From Basidiobolus meristosporus CBS 931.73 (lineage: Eukaryota > Fungi > Basidiobolomycota): 64,000 nucleotides of DNA. The translations under genes and the position numbers were made by a program. This document shows, piece by piece, positions 22,646-36,938 of the stretch. The stretch lies in assembly GCA_002104905.1 (NCBI GenBank), contig MCFE01000044.1, positions 1 through 64,000 on the forward strand, given 5' to 3'. The notes beneath the pieces are model-generated. The model did no database searches. It saw nothing but the letters and a program-made list of their open reading frames with translations, and was not told the origin of the DNA. Every line of letters starts with the position of its first letter. The first letter of the stretch is position 1.

Positions 22646-24086
22646 TCATGCGGGCACAGGGAGAAAGATGTAAGCGGAGGCGTAGCTCACGGAGCTTTCG
22701 TTGGGTCGCTGGACCCGACTCGATTGGGAGTAATGTATGAAGCGAATGATCGGCCCGGTGGATGCGTGGTTTCCATCGAGAATGGTAGGCTCGGGGGTTG
22801 GTTGCGGCCAACCTTCGATCGCCGCCAGCACCACTCCGATCGGATGCCTACCGCAGATGGTGTTCTTCGTGCGACCCAGGTATTCGACGAACCTCTCATG
22901 GTTCACCTCCTCGATCACCGCCATCCCTTCCCGGTCGAGGCGTTCGATCGATTCGTAGATGGGGATGCTTCTCTCCCGGGTCCGGGTGACGTCCGACGGG
23001 GCGGTGCTGGGCTTCTCCGCGGTGGAGTAGAACGTGTACGAGAATCGCGATCCCCTGGAGAATGAAGAATCGTGGTGAGCTACGGGATCAAGACGTCGGG
23101 CTCATTGGTCCCCTCACCAGTGGCAGAAATCGGAGGAGATCACGAAGAAATTCTCCGGGTCGGCGAGGTAGTCCTGTAGCAACCGACCGTACGCCTGCTC
23201 TTTGCTGGCCGTCAGGGCCCCCACCAGAATCGGGACCAGGGTGATCTGGTCCACCTTGCTGCGAGGGAAAGGGAGCGGAAATCCCGGGCGTCAGCGAACA
23301 CCTACTCCACAAGAAGACACAGGGACGCCCTTGGCGCGCGGCTCTTACCTTTCGAACGTCTTGTAGATGTAGGGAAGATGCATCTCGAGGCTGTGCTCGT
23401 CCTCGTCCACCGACCGGCTCATGGTGGTGAACTTCCCGGTTTCCACCAGTGCCTCGCACACTAAATACCAAAATTCCCCGCCGGTTCAGCCGCCGTACAA
23501 CCAGTACCACCACCCACAACTACCACGGCGGCCACGGAGGACCCCTATCCGCTTACCTTCCTTGTCCACCGACAACGACCCCAACGGGGTCTCGTAGGTG
23601 TCGCACTTCGAGACCGCGCACCCGCTCAAGTATACGTGGTGGGACGGGCCAAGGATGAAGACCCGTTTGCTGGAGGGGAAGGGAGGGAAGGGTTTGGTGA
23701 GTGGGGGCTCGTCACTATCACTATCACTGTCACCGTCACCGTCATGGCCACGGTCACGCCGAACTTACATGGTCTCCACGTCGATGCATTTGTAGGCGTA
23801 CGCGGCGGCCTGACCGCTGTACGTGTACCCGGCGTGACTAGATATCATGAGAAGGGAAAGGGGTCGAGGTTAGTGAGCGGTCCAAGTGGTAGGGAGGGGT
23901 AAAGTCGTGGAGTAAGGTTGGATTCCATGCGTACGGTGCGATCACGGCTCTGGCCCCTTTCACCGGGACTTTGACCCCCTCGGGGCTCTCCTCCGGTACC
24001 CTTCCCAGCCAGGTGGTCAGCTCCTTGTCGAGCTGGCCTCCGTGGCCGGTGTACCAGGAGTTCGCGTGGGTGGCTTTGCGGTGCAT
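22646..24086 (-). CDS. MEMO1: MEMO1 family protein, multi-exon
   Basis: [69 protein letters not shown]. Confidence 0.93.
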
Positions 24087-24930
24087 TTCTCGCTCGATTT
24101 CCTTCTTGGTGACTAGAATGATCTTACTTTCTGGTGAGAATCCACTCCCCGCTTTATGGATTCGTCATCGCCCGGGTCACGTGAGGGCCCGCGTAACCGC
24201 TCCCCCTCCCGCCAATGGTTTGTGACTTCCGTGTGACTCTTAAATGACAGACTTGTGGTCTCAAATCGATTCTAATGGGGGAGGGGAGGGCATCTAATAG
24301 AGCCTACCTACCTCATTGCCTGGATTCCCTACTAGGAGTATTTGGAGGTGTTTGGGTTGTTCACTGATGTTATTCTATTCACTTCACAATATTCTGCCAC
24401 CAAACCTAGGCTTTGTGACAAAGGGCCTGCCATTGCAAACACCCTGGCAAACTTGTGTATGGAGGTATTGTACTTGATGGTGGAATTGCCTGGTATTCAC
24501 CCAACTTTACATAAGTCCTCAATTGGGGTAAATGTAGGCAAACCCACAGAATAGTCAGGGCCAGAGAGCTTAGTGCATCATTCTTTGGATTATGATGCTA
24601 GAGCAAAATCTGCAGCAATCTATGTTGTTGCACCTAACTGTTCCACTAACTTGGTCACTTGATGTTCTATGAGTCATGAAAGACCTATCTAAACACTCTG
24701 TGGGGATTTATCAAGAAAACTGTGCCAAAATATTAGGTCCCCTGAATATGAAAACACTTGCAAAACACTTCTCACTATTTAGCCAATGTATTCCTTCTCC
24801 ATGCTAGATTCTAGTCCAACTTATTAGTGTGAGTTCCATATTGAAAGGTGTAGAAATTGGCATGTAACCAAGAGAAACCCAGCACACTTTGGTAAAGCTG
24901 TCCTAATAAAGACTAGGTACTTGTTGCATC

Positions 24931-24986
24931 TGTTGTAAAAACTTCTAGTTCCCCCTAAATACTCATCTAATTTGGTCACTTAGATC
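24931..24986 (+). mobile_element. 56-bp stub of a family A LTR interrupted by the next element
   Basis: TGTTGTAAAA...GTCACTTAGATC matches the first ~56 bp of the LTR at 25582. Confidence 0.7.
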
Positions 24987-27900
24987 TGTTGTAAGAGTCT
25001 TAGAGATATTGGAAGTGATTGGGAGAACAAGTAGAGAATGTGGTTTTCACTTAATGATTTATTGAATGTAAAAGTAGTATTTATACTTTTACCTGGTCTC
25101 GGCATTACAAACACGTAGAATAGGTTTAGAAAGGTCCCAAGAACATGTGTGCAAAGTTTGGGGCTTTTTGGACAACTTTGAGAATTTTCATGTTCTGGGT
25201 ACCTGGTATTTTGGTGAAAATATTCTAAGTAAATTCCAACAAGGAATTTGGTCAGTATTCTCTAGGATTTGAGGGTAATGATCTAAGTGGCTAAGTCAGG
25301 TGAATATTTAGGTGGAGCTACAAACTTTTACAACACTCCCACTCAGCTAAATGTTCATACTGACTAGTCCTAATTTTGACCTAAGATATTCAAACTTGTC
25401 TCTAGCTAATGGTTTGGTAAATATGTCTGCAATCATTTCATCTGTAGGACATTAAACTAAGCTAACTAAGTTATTCTCTATAGCTTCATGTATGAAATGA
25501 TGTCTAATATCTATGTGCTTGGTTCTAGCATGAAAAGTTGGATTTCTACCTAATTGTATACATCCTGGATTATCTTGAAATTGTTGTAAAAAATTTGTAT
25601 TTCCACCTAAATATTCACCTAACTTAGTCACTTAGATCATTACCTTCAAATCCTAGAAAATACTGACCAAATTCCTTGTCGGGATTTACTTAGAATATTT
25701 TCACCAAAATACCAGGTACCCAGAACATGAAAATTCTGAAAGTTGTCCAAACAGCCCCAAACTTTGTACACATGTTCTTGGGACCTTCCTTAACCTATTC
25801 TACGTATTTGTTATGCCAAGACCAGGTAAAAGTATAAATACTACTTTTACAATCAATAAATCATTAATGAAAACCACATAATCTACTTGTTCTCCCAATC
25901 ACTTCCAATATCTCCAAGACTCTTACAACAGAAATAAAGTAATAGGCGTTTTTGACATAGGCCTAAATCTGTAAAAAGCTTTCTTAACCACATTGCTTCT
26001 TTTGTAGCTTCACAGGCTGCCATGTATTCTGCCTCTGTGGTGGAAAGTGCTACAGTTGGTTGCTTTCTTGAATTCCATGAAATTGCTCCTTTACAGTAAA
26101 GAAAGGTGTATCCTGTGGTGGATCTTCTGTTGTCTAAGTTTTGTCCCCAATCTGCATCAGAGTATCCCACAAGATCTTGTTCTGAGTCCTTATAAGTGTA
26201 TCTTAAGCAGATATCCGCAGTTCCTTTTAGGTATCTAAAAATCCGCTTAACTGCTGCAATATGATCTGATCCATAGTTCTGATTATGTTGGCTGACAACT
26301 CCCACTGAATATGAGATATCTGGACTTGTTCCAAGCATGATATACATCAGACTGCCGACCATAGATTGATAAGGAAAGTCAGGGCTTTCAGATGGCACCA
26401 AGCTCTCTTAATTTGGTTGAGTTTTGACCAAGTTAAGGTTTGTCTCCATTGGGGTAGCTGCCAGTTTACAGTATTCCATTTGGTACTTCTTTAGTATATC
26501 TTGAATATACTTGGATTGGCTTAGGGTGATAGTCTGGGTACTTCTGTGTATGGAGAACTTAATCCCTAAGTAGTAATTAAGCTCTCCTAGATCAGACATC
26601 TTGAACTCCTTAGATAGGCTGGATTTAGTCTCTTCCAGTGTTTCTAGGTTATTGGTGGCTATAATAAGATCATCCACATATAGAGCTAATAGAACTGGAC
26701 TTGCTCTATCTGGCTTATAGTATATACTATAGTCAGCATTACTCCTTTTGAAACTCAAAGATTCCAAATATGAATCTATCTTGCAATTCCAGGCTCTTGA
26801 TGATTGTTTGAGACCATATAGTGACTTTTTAAGCTTGCAGACCAAATGGGGGTTATCTTGGTCAACAAACCCATCAGGCTGGTCCATATACACATCCTCA
26901 TCAAGTTCTCCATTCAAAAATGCAGTTTTTACATGCATTTGATGAATAAAAAAACTTATATTTGGCTGCAATAGCCAATATTCATCTGATGGAATTAAAC
27001 TTGGCTACCGGTGCAAAGGTCTCAGTATAGTCAAGTCCTTTTGTTTGAGAGTATCCTTTGGCTACAAGTCTTGCTTTGTATCTTTCAATTGTACCATCAG
27101 CCTTGTATTTTATCTTGAAGACCCATCTGCATCCAATTGATTTTTGGTTGATTGGTAATTTGACTAAGTCCCAAGTTTGATTTTCCGTCAGGGCCTGATA
27201 TTCCTCAGTCATTGCAGATCTCCAAAATTTTGTCTGAGGGCTACTTAGGGCCTCTTTTTCAGTCTGGGGTTCATCAACATGGACTGAATAGGCATAGGCT
27301 AAGTTTGTACCCTCATTGATATAGTAATTTGGGCTATTTCTTGTCCAATTGGATATCCAGGCATTTGATACTGGAATGATCACTTCTGGGATATTCCTGG
27401 GCACTGATTCTGGCTGAACCATGGTTGTGGAGTCCTCTGGAGTGAAAAAATTTCATTGTTTTGCTCTGATTCAATCCTGACAATTGGTGGACTTGAGATC
27501 AAATTTTTGTCATCATCTGATATCATTTTTTGTGAAAATTTTGAATTTTCATCAAACAACACATCCCTGGACTTGATAAGCTTCTTTGCTCTGGTATAGT
27601 AGAGACTGTATGCCTTACTCTCATTGCAGTAGCCCATAAATATGCATTTTACACTTTTAGGCTCAAATTTTGACTGATTTCCGGCTAGTTTTTTGGCATA
27701 TGCTGTACACCCAAATATTCTTAGATGTTCTGCACTTGGTCTGTATCCATACCATACTTCAAATGGAGTAGAATCACAAAGTATTCTGTTATAACTCCTA
27801 TTTTTCAGGTATACAGCAGTGGCAACTGATTCTGCCCAAAAATCATAGGATAATTTTGACCATTGATCATAGATCTTGCCATATTGCATATTGATCTGTT

Positions 27901-30000
27901 AGCTTGTTCTGCTACTCCATTTTGCTGTGGGGAGTATGGTACAGCAGACTCTTGCTTTATCCCATGAATGTTGCAGAAGTGGATGAAGAGTTTTGAGGTA
28001 TATTCTCCACCATTGTCAGAGCATATTTTCTTGATTTTTTCACCAGTTTCTCTCTCCACCATGACTTTAAACTCCCTGAGCTTAGACAGAGCTTCTTCCT
28101 TTCTCTCCATGAAGTAGACCCATGTGTATCTTGTATAATCATCAATAAAAGTGATTAAATACTTCATCCCGCCTAAGGATAAATTTTGCATAGATCCACA
28201 CAGATCTGAGTGAATTAGATCTAATTTTTTCTTAGTTTTGATTAACCCAGAGCTCTTGAACGGTTGTCTGGCTTGTTTCCCATATATGCAGGCTTCACAG
28301 TGCTCCAAATTAGCTGCAGATCAATTTTCACTCCAGAAATTAGCTGATCTTTGATTATTTTGCATAAATAATCAAAATTGATGTGCCCAAATCTCCTGTG
28401 CCAAAGCATTGGTGTTTCTTCATTTAAGTTACTTATATTGGCTTCCAAATATGATGGAATATAAGTCAACTTGTATAGATTCTGATCTCTGATGCCCAAT
28501 GCAATATGGGCACCATTTTGATCAGTGATCCTGCATCCAGAATTGTTAAAACTGAAACTGAGTCCTTCTGCTGTGGCCTTGCTTACAAAGAGTAGGTTCT
28601 TGGCTATTTCTGGTACATAGAGTACTTCTTTAAAGGTCAGTGTATGGCTTCCTTCACTGCTTCTAAAGTTTACTTGGATAGTTCCTTCTCCCACTGCATC
28701 AAGTGTTCTATCATCAACCATGAAAACCTTCTTAATTGGAATTTCTTGATATTGGGTAAAAAGTTTTTTTTGGTGTGTAAAGTGTTGAGAAGCTCCAGAG
28801 TCAATATACCACGTCTGAGAATCCTTGTTTGTGGTCATATTTAGTGCAGATATGAATAGTCTATCTTCAGTTGTTGCGGCCATTCCATAATCAGGCTTCT
28901 TCTGCTGATTATCTTTCTTTTTGAGACACCAGTCTGATGTGTGTCCTTTCCTTTTGCAGTAGTTACAAAACAGGTTGCTGTTGCCTTTGTAGGGTCTTGG
29001 GTACCTCCTTTGCTGGTTATCATTGCTTATTAAAGCATTTTCTTCTCCCTTCTTATTTGCGCTTGATTTTCTTAATTCTTCATCCAGGAGCCTTTCATAT
29101 ATGTAATTTAAGGTCAAATCTTCTGTTCTGGACTCAAGGGCTGATACAAGGCCTTGAAACTTGTCTGTCAGGCTATTCAGGATGGTATCTATCACATCCT
29201 CATCAGTAGTTGGTATGCCCACAGATTCATCTCATCCACCAGCAGGGTAATTCTGTTAATTAAATTTTTCATTTCTTCTCCTGGCAGCATCTTTGTAGTA
29301 AAGAATATTTGTCTCAGATGCATTATCTTGGCAGCTGAACATGACTGGTAGGTGTCTTCCAATGCTTTCCAGGCATTCTTTGCCGTTTTTGCTCTTGAGC
29401 ATTGAATAAGCAATTTGTCCTTGACATTAAGGCAAATGCAGTTAAAGGCACTTTGTTCTTTCTTCTGGCACATTAAGGCTTCCTCTCCCACATCTTTAGG
29501 AGGGCATTCATCTCCCATGACAATATCCCAATGGGTTCATCTTCACCTTCCACACTGGGTAGTTAGATCCATCCAACTTTTCAGCAGAGGCAGAAATTCC
29601 AGTAATAGCAGTAGTAGAGATTGCAGTGAGTGACAGCTTGGGGCTCATAACCTGCTGTAAGAGTCTTGGAGATATTGGAAGTGATTGGAAGGACAAGTAG
29701 ATTATGTGGTTTTCACTTAATGATTTATTGAATGTAAAAGTAGTATTTATACTTTTACCTAGTCATGGCATTACAAACACATAGAATAGGTTACAGGAAG
29801 GTCCCAAGAGCATGTGTGCAAAGTTTGGGGCTGTTTGGACAACTTTGAGAATTTTCATGTTCTGGGTACCTGGTATTTTGGTGAAAATATTCTAAGTAGA
29901 TCCCAACAAGGAATTTGGTCAGTATTTGCTAGGATTTGGGGTAATGATCTAAGTGACTAAGTCAGGTGAATATTTAGGTGGAATTACAAATTTTACAACA
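24987..30000 (-). mobile_element. Ty1/copia family A element, frameshifted gag-pol; LTRs 24987-25335 and 29653-30000
   Basis: PBS GGTTATGAGCCC (29641-29652), PPT 25336-25346; CX2CX4HX4C-like knuckle, WYIDSGAS protease, rve integrase, YVDDL RT, ADWG/EAEY RNase H in copia order. Confidence 0.95.
25582..25930 (+). mobile_element. Family A solo LTR inserted antisense into the RNase H of the host element
   Basis: TGTTG...CAACA with perfect 5-bp TSD GAAAT; removing it restores TLFQDNPGCIQLGRNPTFHARTKHIDIRHHF. Confidence 0.95.
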
Positions 30001-30299
30001 CTTACTCCATACCTCACAAACATTATTATTACCCAAACACCAGCACTAAGAACATCATGTTTCTACAGAGAGAGCTTACAGAAGTCAGCATGCAATTGAA
30101 GCAAAGTTGGCAAGCTATAAGCTATTTGCTGGAATATGTGATTAATTACAAACTGTTGATACCTAAGATAGAGGATATCTGTTGGAGCAAAAACTTTCCA
30201 CTGGGAGCAATGCATTTGATTTTAAGACAATAGTCCTATACTGATGACCAAGTTGTACATGGGGCATTTCAAGTTAAATGGGCCCTTTGCAATACCAGA

Positions 30300-31222
30300 G
30301 AAGTTTGAAAGAATTGGCAAGATATTAGAGTGTTTCTGCTACCTTGAGTACAATCAACATTCATACACATATGCAACAATACAAGTACAAGGACTGGATG
30401 AACTAGATATATTTATTTGAGGGGCCTTGTGAAACAATTTTTACCAAGAGTACATTGGAAGCATTGGGAGTCATATGTGGACATTGTAGGAGAATTTATT
30501 CAGAAGTGGATCACCAAGGACAACTTGACACATCTACAGCTTTTGTGCAAAGAGTTTGTGATGGATTTGAGAGGCTATATTACAAACATAAAGCTGAACA
30601 CTTGATCTGCACCACTACTGTATACATTTGCTACTCCATCTTGCTTGGTGTGTTGAGAATATTGGACCTTGCTTCACCTTTTGGGAGTTTCCTATGGAGC
30701 AGAAGTGTGGAGAGATAGGAAGACAAGCCAAGTTGCAGGTACTACCATATTCCAATCTTATCAAGAATATCATCTTCAAGTCCATCAAGTATGTGTTGAA
30801 TTGCCACATGAAGGACAGTCAGGAAGAGTTGGAAAATACTGAGGACAGATATGCACATGGAGACACCTATGCCTATGGCATTAAGAAGATAAGCAGTCCC
30901 AATGCATGGGTAATCAGAAAAGTAATGCAAAGTTGGGGTGGGTGCAACCATCAACCAATTTTTATCAGGAAAACACTACCAAGGTATGCCAGATTTCTCT
31001 TGGTCACAGGCCAATTTCTACATTATTCAGTATAGAATTCACACAAACAAGAGCCAGAAAGCATCCAGGAGAAAGAATGAATACATTGGCTAAATACCAA
31101 AGAGTTCTATGCGGATATTGAGGAGATATTCATGGCATAAGTGGTAGCAACCAAGCATATTTTGGCAAGATGATATGTTACCAGCAATATAAGATATATG
31201 GCATCTTTGCAAGCTTCACACT
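30300..31222 (+). mobile_element. CACTA/EnSpm-like transposase 3' remnant
   Basis: LHLAWCVENIGPCFTFWEFPMEQKCG..PYSNL resembles the fungal tnp2/DUF4218-type motif; homologous copies at 42430-44060 and 44500-45600. Confidence 0.55.
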
Positions 31223-34200
31223 AATGGAAATAAATGCATATCACACTATAAACCACACTGATGCTTACCATTTTAGTTACCATTACTCCGATTGGATGGT
31301 ATCTCAAAGGTTGATTGATGCAAAAGTATCCTGAAGCTGTCAGCCCCCAAATAGCTCTTTGACCAGTACACAAGCTACCTGATTTGCCATCAAATATTCT
31401 ATTTTGCCCTTTGAGCAAGTAAATCCCTGATCCTAGTGATTGGAAAAGGTGTAATAATTAGCACGCAACCAATTGGATAGGTGCAAAACAGATCCAATGG
31501 CTGCACTGTTGCTACAGATGATGAACATATATGCAGGGTGCTTATTTATAAAGGTTCTATCCCAAATGTGAGACAACCTTGATATTACTAACATCAGAAG
31601 CTTAGTGATCACTGATTTGCAATGGCTCAACTTGATTTGCAAAAGAAAAATGCATTAATTGGATGATGAGAAATGATAGCAATTCAATGCAATTGCATCA
31701 TCTTCTCCTAAGTTTTTTCTCACAGGTATTACTACTGATACATTTGGTAGTGATTCACTTTGCACACCTAAGCTACTTCCTTGTTGACTATCATCTTTGC
31801 TACTTGTGTACTTGTAGTCAGTATATTGCCTCCTAGTTGCTGAGAGCAATGCTGCAGCTTGGCCATGTTTAATTGCTCTGGATGATGCTACTGAACTAGA
31901 CGGTGGTACTATGCACTGACACATTCTTTTACTTGCCAAAAGCTCAAGTGGTGGAGGTGCTTAATGTGGGTCATCATCAGTTAGTTCACCAGAAGTAACT
32001 TATTGATTGTCAGCCATAATGGCATGTGCAGGTGCAACTTGACATATTGGCATGGCCCTTGGCTAAGATTGATGTGATGCTGCTTGCTGACATAATTTGG
32101 CCTGCTCCAATGAACTTGTGTCTAAATGAGCAGTTTGGTAAGTTCTGGTAGTTGTGCTCCAAAGCATGTGAATATACCCAACATACATTGACCTGGTGCA
32201 GGGTCTCTTGTGTAGGGTGTTGGCATAGTATGGACTGATGTGCCCTGGCATGTTGAAGTTGCAAGGGATGGTAAGGAATCCAGCAGGGTGTCCTGGCGCA
32301 ATCTGGATGCTGTTGCTTGTGGTCTGTATTCCTCCTCTTGTAGCTCACCTTCTGATTTCTAAAGGTATTCACTTACCCTCTGTCTGATACTTTGGAACTG
32401 TTTCCTGGATACATCCTGTGTATATTGCTCTTGAAAGCCACTTAGCTCTACTAATATATCACATTGTACATTAGTCATTTGAGGCAAAAACTCATTCAAG
32501 GCCTCTTTGGTTCCCAAAATTGAGGCATAAACAGGTGCGTCTGGCCTGTACTGAGCAAATTGCATGCAAAATTGTTCCTGCATGGCTTCCTCATCAAATG
32601 TCCTCACTCTCAGCTCATTTTTGATTTCCATACTTATCTTGTATTATATATTCTTACATGCATCTGCTGACATCTTGATGTAGAGCTCATGCCACAGCTT
32701 TTACCCAGGTTCTTCCATCTCTGTCAGCTCTCTGAGGTATTTAGTTCTGCAAGATTAATGAGTAGTCCTCAAATATCTATATGAAAGCTCATCATAGACA
32801 CTTGGGCCCTACTAAAATCATTTGGCAAGAACCCAAACATATCCAACATCAACCTCTCTGGTCCAGACTGCACATGTGAGCTGGGGGACAGGTTTTGTCT
32901 GCTTTGTACTAAAGATGTGTTGAGACTTGGCATAGGGGCTACATTGATGTATTTGTATACTTCTGCAGTAGTGTATTGGCATCAACCTGGTCTTATATGA
33001 TATATATATATGAAACTAACATGATTTTTAAGTTTTCCATATATTATGCATGATGCATGTTGAATTGCATTGACATGGATCAGATCACATCAATCACAGA
33101 TTTACTATATGGTTATAGAATTGTGTATAAAGTATTGATAAAAATACCAAGTCTTTATTTGAGAATGATTTTTGCAACATAATGATGGGATACATGGCAA
33201 TTGATGGAGATTTGATCATAACTCATGGAAAATTAGATAAATAAAGCTGATTGCACCAAATCAATTCAAGTCACCTTGGCCCAATCACCTACCAATTTTG
33301 ATATGACTTACTCATCTGAATAGTCTTCTCTCATCAATCCCATCACTACCACTGTATTTCCTTTTGACAAACTAGAGGAGATCTATATTAGACTTGTTCC
33401 GTTGGATAGTGCCACATTGAGCCATGAGTGCCAAATGATGCCATAGTGTGCCAGAGAGGCCAAATGAGCCTCTACCTGGCCACAGAGTGTGAAACATAGC
33501 TCCGCATCTTCACACAAAGCAGCCCCTGTGTTTCACCCATTGTGTTGGAGAAAATCCATTTTTTGACCTTTTTTTTTGGATCAATGTTGTGTAGGATGTG
33601 TTAGAGCACAAGTAGATTGAAGATATGCATCTGGTACTCAATACCCATGGCACTCTGAATCCAGCTCCTAAGCTTTTATCATGTCACAAAAATGAATGGC
33701 ACTATCTTGGTCCACTGGTACTATCTGCCACTATAAGTGCTTTTTATAGATCTTACTTTAGGGTTAATATTTAAATATAGTGCCAGATAGTACCAGTGGA
33801 CTAAGATAGTGCCATTCATTTTTGTGACATGATACAAGCTACAGGAGCTAGATTCAGAGTGCCATGGGTATTGAGTACCAGATGCATATCTTCAGTTCTC
33901 CTGTGCTCTTACACATCCTGAGCTACATTGATCCCCAAAAAAAGGTCAAAAAGTGGATTTTCTTCTGCGTAATGGGTGAAACACAGGGGCTGCTTTGCAT
34001 GAAGATGCAGAGCTATGTTTCACACTCTGTGGCCAAGTATAGCCTCACTTGACCTCTCTGGCACACTATGGCATCATTTGGCACTCACGGCTCAATGTGG
34101 CACTATCCAACAGAACAAGTCTATTAAGTACTGTGAACCATCTACCCCAGTCTACTCAAGGAGATCCCCTGCTAAGATTCTCTGCTATTACAAGAACTAT

Positions 34201-35101
34201 TGCCCCACAAGGTCTCATCCCATCATCCATTACAACAAAAGCTTTAGAAGCTTTTATTCCCGGCTGGCAGCAATGGAGAACCACCTTGCAGAGCATATGA
34301 GTGCCTTAGAGCAAGTTTGAAATACTAGGTTCAGAAGCTCCAATAGACTTTCATATCCCAGAGTGTTCAGCAACAGTTTTCATATCAATATTATTTTGGA
34401 TACCTTACCAATCAGGATGAACAGACCTTCTAGAAGGCAGAGGCACTTTTATTCTGGCAAGTACAAGGCACACTCTGTGAAGTTTCAAGCACTGTCTGAC
34501 ATTGAGAGTAACATCATCTGCTTTAGTGGGCCATTTGCTGGAAGTAGGCATGACAAAGCACTCTGAGTAGAGAATCCTCCAGAATTCAGTAGAGGGGTGA
34601 AATGTATGGCAGACCTAGCTTATATAGGAGAGGATTGTCAGAGATTAGGATGTATTACAGCATATAAGAAGCCAAGCAATGATGTGCTTAGTAGGAAGCA
34701 GAAGCTTTACAACAATATATTAATCATTCCAGAGTTAGGGTGGAGCATCAATTTGGATATCTGCAGATATTCAGCATATTAGCTGGTAAATACAGAGGAA
34801 AGTCCCACATAGGCAAAAACAGCAAAATAGGTAAATAGTTATGATACTTATCAATGCACAGTATATTCATACAAGAATACATACACTGAGAGAATTATGT
34901 CTGGATCATTATGAGGAGCAAATAATGCAAGGAAAGCACTATATGGAGCAACACAAGTAAGATTCAATAGCATTGCCAATTACCATATCCTACCACTGGT
35001 ATTATGGTAGAAATTATAGTGCTAGATAGTGCCATAGAGTGCCAGATCAATCCAGTACTAAACAGGCTGGACTATGTGGCACTATCCTATGGATCAAGTC
35101 T
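31223..35101 (+). mobile_element. PIF/Harbinger-superfamily copy X (Myb-like ORF on minus, DDE_Tnp_4 on plus), left end missing
   Basis: LDTLPIR..YSGKYKAHSVKFQ, MADLAYIG; right TIR GGATCAAGTCT at 35091-35101; interrupted by MITE1. Confidence 0.8.
33390..34122. mobile_element. Foldback MITE 1 (733 bp), TSD ATT
   Basis: AGACTTGTTCC...AGAACAAGTCT; ~345-bp inverted arms; splits copy X transposase. Confidence 0.93.
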
Positions 35102-35506
35102 TATAAACTTACTGATACTTACACTTTGGTCACCATCACTCCAGTTGGATGGTATCTCAATGGTTGCTTGGTTTCAAAGTATCCTGAAGCTTGCAGCCCC
35201 CAAATAGCTCTTTGACCGATACACAAGCTACCTGATTTGGCATCAAATATTCTATCTTGCCCATTGAGCAAGTAAATCCCTGATCCTACTGACTGGACAA
35301 GGTGTCATAGCTAGCATGCAACCAATTGGATAGGTGCCAAACAGATCAGAGGGCTGCACTGGCATTACAGATAATGATTATATATGCAGGGTGTATATTT
35401 ATAGAGGTTCTGTCTCAAATGTGCAAAAACCTTGATATTATTTATAACCAAAACCTAGTGATGACTGATTTGCAATGGCTTGAATTGGATAGCAAAAAAA
35501 TACATT

Positions 35507-36239
35507 AGACTTGTTCCATTGTATAGTGCCACATTGAGCCATGAGTGCCAAATGATGCCATAATGTGTTAGGGAGGCTAAGTGAGCCTATACTTGGCCAC
35601 AGAGTGTGAAGCATAGCTCTGCATCTTCAAGCAAAGCAGCCCCTGTGTTTCACCCATTGTGCTGGAGAATATCTATTTTTTGACCTTTTTTTTTAGATCA
35701 GTGTTGTGCAGGATGCATAAGAGCACAAACGGATTGAAGATATGTATCTGGTACCTAATACCCATGGCACTCTAAATCTAGCTCCTGTGGCTTGTAACAT
35801 GTCACAAAAATGCACGGCACTATCTTGGTCCACTGGTACTATCTGGCACCATATTTAATAATTAGCACTAAAGTAAGATCTATACAAACCACTTATAGTG
35901 CCAGATAGTACCAGTGGACCAAGATAGTGCCATGCATTTTTGTGACATGTTACAAGCCACAGGAGCTAGATATAGAGTGCCATGGGTATTAGGTACCAGA
36001 TACATATCTTCAATCCATTTGTGCTCTTATGCAACCTGCACAACACTGATCTAAAAAAAAGGTCAAAAAGTGGATTTTCTCCTGCACAATGGGTGAAACA
36101 GAGGGTCTGCTCTGCATGAAGATGCAGAGCTATGTTTCACACTCTGTGGCCAAGTATAGGCTCACTTGGCCTCTCTAACACACTATAGCATCATTTGGCA
36201 CTCTTGGCTCAATGTGGCACTATACAATGGAACAAGTCT
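35507..36239. mobile_element. Foldback MITE 2 (733 bp), TSD ATT
   Basis: Same TIR and arms; empty-site sequence matches 31655-31670. Confidence 0.93.
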
Positions 36240-36938
36240 ATTATTTGGATGATGAAAAATAATAGCAGTTCAATGCAGTCACATCATCTTCCCCTAGGTT
36301 TTCTCTCACAGGGATTATTACTGAAGCATTTGATATTGATTCACTTTGCACACCTAAGCTGCTTCCTTATTGACTATCATCCTGGCTACTTGTGTATATG
36401 TGGTGAGTATTTTGCCTCCTAGTTGATGAGTTCAATGCTGCGGCTTGACCATGCTCAATTGCTCCAGATGATGCTACTGAATTGGCCTGTAGTACTATGC
36501 ACAGATGCATTTGTTTACTTGCCAAAGGCTCTAGTGGTAGAGGCTCTTCATGTGATATGTTATCAGTCAATTCACCACAATTAACTTGCTGATGGGCAGC
36601 AGTAATGGCACATGCAGGTGCAGCTTGATGCATTAGCATGGCCCTTAGCCAAGTTTGTTGTGATGCTGCTTGTTGATCCAACTTGGCCTGCTCCAATGAA
36701 CTTGTGTCTGAATGAGCAGTTTGGCAAGCTCTGGTGGTTTTGCTCTGAAGCACAGGAAACCAAGGAATAGTGTGCCTAGCAGGAAGCAGAAGCTCTACAA
36801 TGAGATATTGAATCATTTCAGAGTGAGAGTAGAGCACACATATGGATATCTGAAGAGACTTAGCATATTAGAAGATTAATACAGAGGAAAGTCAAATAAA
36901 GGGGAAAGCTGCAGTATATGAAGAATAGTAATGATACT

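Noticed and set aside
23711-23760. Drifting hexamer repeat (TCACTA/TCACCG) in a MEMO1 intron; similar GCATGA/GCATGG run at 19138-19165
   Set aside because: Ordinary degenerate microsatellites with no further support
24342-24554. Possible integrase remnant (LCDKGPAIAN..LC..HP)
   Set aside because: Resemblance too weak to call without a profile search
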